This document shows, one piece after another, positions 59,720 to 64,000 of a stretch of 64,000 bases of DNA; the first letter of the stretch is position 1, and each line of letters starts with the position of its first letter. The stretch is from the NCBI GenBank assembly GCA_039714315.1, contig JBDLJM010000001.1, positions 12,253 through 76,252 on the forward strand, given 5' to 3'. Made by a program: the position numbers and the translations under genes. The notes beneath the pieces were generated by a model. That model did no database searches. It had not been told where the DNA came from and worked only from the letters and a program-made list of their open reading frames with translations. This stretch comes from Bacteroidota bacterium (lineage in GTDB: Bacteria > Bacteroidota > Bacteroidia > Flavobacteriales > JADGDT01).

Positions 59720-60424
59720 GTGAAAAAATTTAGAAACCTATTCTTTGTATTTATTCTATCGATATTTGCAAATCACTCTTATGCACAGTTTAGCACTTAT
59801 CATGAGATTGGAGGTACAATAGGACCAACTTTATTTAATGGTGATTGGGGTAAAGAAGCCAATTATCAGTACTACCTGAATGTATCAGGAGTAGAGGCAA
59901 ATATCTTCCATAATATGCAGTTTATCCGTACCCGTCTTGCTATTAGAAATAATTTAGGATATTCATATATTAAAAGTGCTCATAAAAACTGGGATGAGGT
60001 TGAAGGAGTAGAGGATGCGTTTGATGCAATGACCGGAACAACACAGATGATTACTCTGGGTTCACAGGGTGAAGTGTCGTTCAGGGACTTTGGAATTTAT
60101 TATCCCCGTAGTACCTGGACTCCTTATGTATCCGCCGGATTTAATGTTCATTATTATATGCCAACGGTAGAGTCTGATATGGCCTTCCCCGCATATTATA
60201 ATCCGAGAGACGGGCATGAAGGAATTATTAATGATTCAGGATTTGCCTTTGCTTTAAAGGGTTCTGTCGGTGCCAGATTTAAACTTACCAGATTTGTATA
60301 TGTGTTTGGTGAATTTACTGTACAAAGATCGTTTAGTGATAAAATTGATGGATTGGAAACAGCTTCCGGTTATACCGACTATGTTAATAGCTTTAATATT
60401 GGGATAATGTATAATCTATACTAG
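59720..60424 (+). CDS. Small outer-membrane beta-barrel protein (function unknown)
   Basis: 234 aa. Signal peptide (...NHSYAQ), alternating aromatic beta-strand pattern, C-terminal ...IGIMYNLY. GTG start. Confidence 0.6.
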   Translation: MKKFRNLFFVFILSIFANHSYAQFSTYHEIGGTIGPTLFNGDWGKEANYQYYLNVSGVEANIFHNMQFIRTRLAIRNNLGYSYIKSAHKNWDEVEGVEDAFDAMTGTTQMITLGSQGEVSFRDFGIYYPRSTWTPYVSAGFNVHYYMPTVESDMAFPAYYNPRDGHEGIINDSGFAFALKGSVGARFKLTRFVYVFGEFTVQRSFSDKIDGLETASGYTDYVNSFNIGIMYNLY

Positions 60425-60442
60425 AAGAAAATATATATTCAT

Positions 60443-60485
60443 AAAAAAAAGACAGGTTTGAATTTTCAAACCTGTCTTTTTTTTT
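60443..60485. terminator. Bidirectional terminator between the outer-membrane protein gene and the THX gene
   Basis: gacaggtttga (60451-60461) pairs with tcaaacctgtc (60466-60476), flanked by an A8 run and a T9 run. Confidence 0.85.
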
Positions 60486-60618
60486 ATTCCTCAGGAGGGG
60501 CATAACTTGTTGGGTGCTTTCTGGGATCCTTTATATCCTGATTTTTAGGACGTCTTCTGGTACCATAAGTACCTTTTGTGATTTTTCCTTTTTTTGTTCG
60601 TTTATCACCTTTACCCAT
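60484..60618 (-). CDS. 30S ribosomal protein THX (bTHX), 44 aa
   Basis: Hand translation: MGKGDKRTKKGKITKGTYGTRRRPKNQDIKDPRKHPTSYAPPEE. The MGKGDKR..KGK...G.YG..RP pattern matches Bacteroidetes THX as I recall it. Confidence 0.7.
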   Translation of the reverse strand: MGKGDKRTKKGKITKGTYGTRRRPKNQDIKDPRKHPTSYAPPEE

Positions 60619-60814
60619 AATATATGTTTTTAAGGATTAGTTGTTTAAATATATATAATATTATTAACTAATTGAATTAATATTGGTGATTTTTAGCTTC
60701 AATAATGTATGACAGAGCTTATAATGCCTGTGAGGAGTTATTATATCTTGATATGTAATGTTGAGTTAATTAATGAGGATGATTGTCAGAGGGTCGAAAT
60801 CTTATTGGTAGTAA

Positions 60815-60919
60815 CTATAATAAAGGACATTTTTTGCAATATTTACCTTTTTTACCAAGGTATTTTTCGCAGCACTTAAGCTTTTTTGCCTTTTCTTTTT
60901 TTGATTTTTTAACCTTCAT
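60815..60919 (-). CDS. Candidate 34-aa lysine-rich, Cys-containing micro-protein (CC-x10-C-x2-C)
   Basis: Hand translation: MKVKKSKKEKAKKLKCCEKYLGKKGKYCKKCPLL. A TACATTTG -7 box lies on the minus strand at 60946-60953, 27 nt upstream of the ATG. Confidence 0.4.
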   Translation of the reverse strand: MKVKKSKKEKAKKLKCCEKYLGKKGKYCKKCPLL

Positions 60920-61123
60920 TATTGTTTATTTAATCTAAATAAGCGCAAATGTACATTAAAAATTATATTATTAGGTAGAGATGCAGGTAATAGATGATTA
61001 ACATTATAATAATGTGATAACTAATCAATCTTTTTTGAAAATAAATGGATTAAGTCTGTATATTTAATTGTTGTAATTTAGTATTAGCAGAAGTGTATTT
61101 GTCAGAATAAATAATACGTGTAA

Positions 61124-61840
61124 ATGAAACTTGATATTTTAGCAATTGGTGCGCATCCCGATGATGTAGAATTAGGAGCCGGAGCAACATTGGCAAAAGA
61201 AATAGAAGCCGGAAAGAAGGTTGGGATATTAGATCTAACAAGAGGTGAATTAGGAACCAGGGGGAGTGCTGAAATTCGTGATGTAGAATCTCAGAAGTCG
61301 GCAGAAGTTTTGGGGATACAGGTAAGGGAGAATTTGTTGTTAGAGGACGGTTTTTTTGAAAACACAAAAGAAAACCAGTTAAAAATTGTTGAAGTAATTA
61401 GAAAATACAGACCTGAGGTAGTACTCATAAATGCAATAGACGACAGGCATCCCGACCATCCAAAAGCGTCGCAACTTGCATCTGCTTCCTGTTTTTTATC
61501 GGGCCTTGTTAAAGTAAAAACATATAGAGATAATAAGGAGCAGGAAAAATGGAAGCCTAAGCATGTATACAGCTATATCCAGTGGAAATATTTGGATCCT
61601 GATTTTGTTGTTGATGTTAGTGAATTTATGGATAAGAAGATGCAAGCTATTCAACAATACAAGTCTCAGTTTTTTGACCCAAATTCTAAAGAACCTGAGA
61701 CACCAATTTCGGGGAAACAATTTTTAGACGGATTAAAACATATAGCCTCAGAATTAGGAAGAGTATCGGGGGTTAAATATGCGGAGGGTTTTAAAGTTGA
61801 AAGATATCCGGTGGTTGATTCATTTTTCGATTTGAAATAA
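61124..61840 (+). CDS. bshB1: Bacillithiol biosynthesis deacetylase BshB1 (LmbE/PIG-L family)
   Basis: 238 aa. MKLDILAIGAHPDDVELGAG... and ...DRHPDH... zinc-binding motifs. Confidence 0.85.
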   Translation: MKLDILAIGAHPDDVELGAGATLAKEIEAGKKVGILDLTRGELGTRGSAEIRDVESQKSAEVLGIQVRENLLLEDGFFENTKENQLKIVEVIRKYRPEVVLINAIDDRHPDHPKASQLASASCFLSGLVKVKTYRDNKEQEKWKPKHVYSYIQWKYLDPDFVVDVSEFMDKKMQAIQQYKSQFFDPNSKEPETPISGKQFLDGLKHIASELGRVSGVKYAEGFKVERYPVVDSFFDLK

Positions 61841-61902
61841 TGTAATTATAGGATTTCAATTTTTTTTAATAGAAGTCAATAAGTACATTTACCCGCTAAA
61901 TC

Positions 61903-63150
61903 ATGGAGAGAGAAATAAAACAAAAAATAAATATCAGGGTAAAGTCGGCTGAAAGTAAGATTCTGGAAAAAAAAATATCCTTAATTGCTTTATTTTTTGT
62001 TGTAGTTCAATTTTTAAATAACTCCATATTTCTCATGATGTTTCCATTTTTGAATGTAATTATTCAGGTTGCATTATATGGAAGTATGGGCTTAATATTA
62101 GTTTCTTCGTATCCAAAATTCTCCTTTCAGTCGAAAACGGCACTATTAATTTTAGGAACAGCAATAAGCTTAACCGTTAATAATGTTGATGCAAAATATG
62201 GCTCAGGAATACGATGGGTTTTATGGTTGTTACTATTAGCCAGTATTGGTCCAATGTTTTCCGGAAAACTATTATTAAAGATAAGATATAAGGTTTTACA
62301 ATATTTTTTGAAGAGTTTTGTGATAATTACGCTTCTCTCATTTCTGTATAAGTTATTTGGCTTGCCGGCTATAGGTAGGGGGAATTTCGCAGGGTTAATG
62401 AATCAAAGTATGGTATTGGGCCCTATTGCTGCAATTGCAGGTATTTATTCTTTTTACAATTACCTTTCTGCCGGAAACAAAAAGTTAAGCTTATACTACT
62501 TAGTTATTTCCTTAATATCGGGATTAGTAGTTGTATTCGCTTCATCGCGATTGGCATTTGCAGGATATATTGCCGGAATGATGTTTTTATTTGTCAAGCC
62601 TTTTAAATTTCGGATTATTTATTCGATGACTATTATACTTATTGGACTAAGTATATTTTCGAGAATAGATGATGGTATTGAAAAAGTTGAACGTTCAATA
62701 GATAAAGGCTTAGTGGAGAAGGGGATGAATAATTCCCGGGAAATGCTGTGGGAGGATAGAATTAGGGAATTTAAAGAGAATCCGGTTTTTGGGGTGGGTT
62801 TTTCTGCTCAGAACGACTTGTTAATTAAATCCGAAAATTCATTAGGAGGAAGGATCGAACCCGGTTCAGGGTATTTAATGATATTATCTATGACAGGTGT
62901 TTTCGGGTTATTAATGTTTATTTGGTATTTCTATTTTTTATTCAATAACCGAAAGTTCTGGAAAGAGATATATAAAAGTGAAATATATAAACTATCAATC
63001 TTTGCTTTCTTTGCTATACATTTTATTGGCGAAGGGTATGTGTATTCTGCGGGTTCCATGATGGCAGCATTTTTTTGGTTATTGGTTGGAATTACCTTTC
63101 CATACGAAAACATCAAAAAGTATAACATTGTTCAAAAAAGGGGTAAGTGA
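61903..63150 (+). CDS. O-antigen ligase / polymerase-like (Wzy_C family) membrane protein
   Basis: 415 aa, about 10 TM helices, with a periplasmic loop (...SREMLWEDRIREFKENPVFGVGF...) typical of the O-antigen ligase family. Confidence 0.7.
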   Translation: MEREIKQKINIRVKSAESKILEKKISLIALFFVVVQFLNNSIFLMMFPFLNVIIQVALYGSMGLILVSSYPKFSFQSKTALLILGTAISLTVNNVDAKYGSGIRWVLWLLLLASIGPMFSGKLLLKIRYKVLQYFLKSFVIITLLSFLYKLFGLPAIGRGNFAGLMNQSMVLGPIAAIAGIYSFYNYLSAGNKKLSLYYLVISLISGLVVVFASSRLAFAGYIAGMMFLFVKPFKFRIIYSMTIILIGLSIFSRIDDGIEKVERSIDKGLVEKGMNNSREMLWEDRIREFKENPVFGVGFSAQNDLLIKSENSLGGRIEPGSGYLMILSMTGVFGLLMFIWYFYFLFNNRKFWKEIYKSEIYKLSIFAFFAIHFIGEGYVYSAGSMMAAFFWLLVGITFPYENIKKYNIVQKRGK

Positions 63151-64000
63151 AGAAAATACTAGTACTTTATACCGAATTGGCCGATTATATTTATAATAGT
63201 TTTGCGTATTTCGCAGATAACTATAATGCGGAGTTTCATATTATTCATTGGCCAATAAACTCTGAAGCGCCATTTGCGTTCTCAAAAAATGAAAGTATCA
63301 GGCTTTATAGTAAAGAATCGTTCAATAATAAATCGCTGACAGAATTTACTCTAAATCTCACACCTGATGCAGTTATTTGTGCCGGTTGGATGGATAAGGA
63401 TTATATCAGGATTTCAAAAAATTACGCAAAAAAAATCCCGACTATACTTACGATGGATAACCATTGGGAAGGAAGTATTAAACAATATATTTTAAGGATT
63501 GTTGGCTCTGTATATCTTAAAGGAGTATTCTCCAATATTTGGGTGCCCGGAAGTCCCCAAAAACATTATGCTGAGAAAATAGGCTTTTCAAAAGAGCAAA
63601 TACTTACCGGTTTCTATGTTGCTAATTTCAACATTTTTAAGGAAGTGAATTATGTGCCTGAAAAGAGTTTTATTTATGTAGGGCGATACATTGAACACAA
63701 GGGAATAAAAGATTTATGGACTGCATTTGTTCAGTTAAAAAAGGAGTACCCCAACGATTGGAAATTAAAATGTATCGGGACAGGCGATTTATGGGATGAG
63801 AGGGTGATAGATGAAGATATTGAACATTTTGGATTCCTTCAACCCGGCGATATAGCAAAAGAAATCAAAGGAGGTGTTTTTGTTTTGCCAAGTCATTTTG
63901 AACCCTGGGGGGTTGTTGTACATGAGTTTGCAACGGCAGGATTTCCAATGATTTTGTCAAATAAAGTAGGTGCAGGTACAGAGTTTCTCGATGAAAATGG
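63147..64000 (+). CDS. Glycosyltransferase, GT4/GT1-like (3' end outside the window)
   Basis: Hand translation from GTG 63147 (overlaps the upstream stop as GTGA): VKKILVLYTELADY...FIYVGRYIEHKGIKDL...LPSHFEPWGVVVHEFATAGFPMILSNKVGAG, which contains the E-x7-E motif. The frame is open to nt 64000. Not in the track because no stop is reached. Confidence 0.8.
   Translation, partial: MKKILVLYTELADYIYNSFAYFADNYNAEFHIIHWPINSEAPFAFSKNESIRLYSKESFNNKSLTEFTLNLTPDAVICAGWMDKDYIRISKNYAKKIPTILTMDNHWEGSIKQYILRIVGSVYLKGVFSNIWVPGSPQKHYAEKIGFSKEQILTGFYVANFNIFKEVNYVPEKSFIYVGRYIEHKGIKDLWTAFVQLKKEYPNDWKLKCIGTGDLWDERVIDEDIEHFGFLQPGDIAKEIKGGVFVLPSHFEPWGVVVHEFATAGFPMILSNKVGAGTEFLDEN

Noticed and set aside
1-64000. 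A whole-window scan for CRISPR arrays, IS elements or transposases, integrases, phage modules, toxin-antitoxin pairs, restriction-modification systems or other defence-island content.
   Set aside because: None was found. The only sizeable repeats are the intragenic adhesin units and the tRNA-Phe triplet. Every ORF above about 150 aa has a plausible housekeeping or cell-envelope assignment.

Overview
This is a low-GC Bacteroidota window, most likely class Flavobacteriia. The evidence is TAnnTTTG-type -7 promoter boxes, T9SS type-B cargo with a PorP/SprF gene, exosortase XrtF, ribosomal protein THX and mevalonate-pathway genes. It is almost entirely core chromosome.

Gene content in order:
- clpX 3' end.
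- A mevalonate/prenyl cluster: diphosphomevalonate decarboxylase, a GHMP kinase and a UbiA prenyltransferase.
- rluB and pepF.
- Three identical tandem tRNA-Phe genes.
- coaX, an outer-membrane protein, a TPR protein, lptC, a CorC-family protein and ppiD.
- The purH-mreBCD-mrdA-rodA block on the minus strand.
- A cell-surface sorting neighbourhood at 26.2-32.9 kb: a 1036-aa repeat adhesin with a T9SS type-B C-terminal domain, a PorP/SprF protein fused to a SPOR-like module, xrtF and a GWxTD lipoprotein.
- The complete str/S10/spc/alpha ribosomal superoperon at 33.5-50.4 kb. rpmD and rpmJ fall below the ORF-track length cut-off.
- carA, eno, a TPR protein, glmM, a class V PLP enzyme, yaaA, small basic proteins including THX, bshB1, and the start of a polysaccharide locus (an O-antigen-ligase-like protein and a glycosyltransferase truncated by the window end).

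I see no CRISPR array, IS element, integrase, phage, toxin-antitoxin or restriction/defence genes, and I cannot point to a convincing new multi-gene system.

The items most worth follow-up are:
1. The PorP/SprF-coiled-coil-SPOR fusion next to its type-B cargo.
2. A catalytically intact xrtF with its own promoter but no adjacent partner gene.
3. A GC-rich, strongly structured ~85-nt element upstream of yaaA.
4. Two or three unannotated tiny ORFs that have Bacteroidetes-type promoters.
5. Mosaic 504-nt tandem repeats inside the adhesin gene.

All functional calls rest on motif and family recognition by eye. No database search was run.
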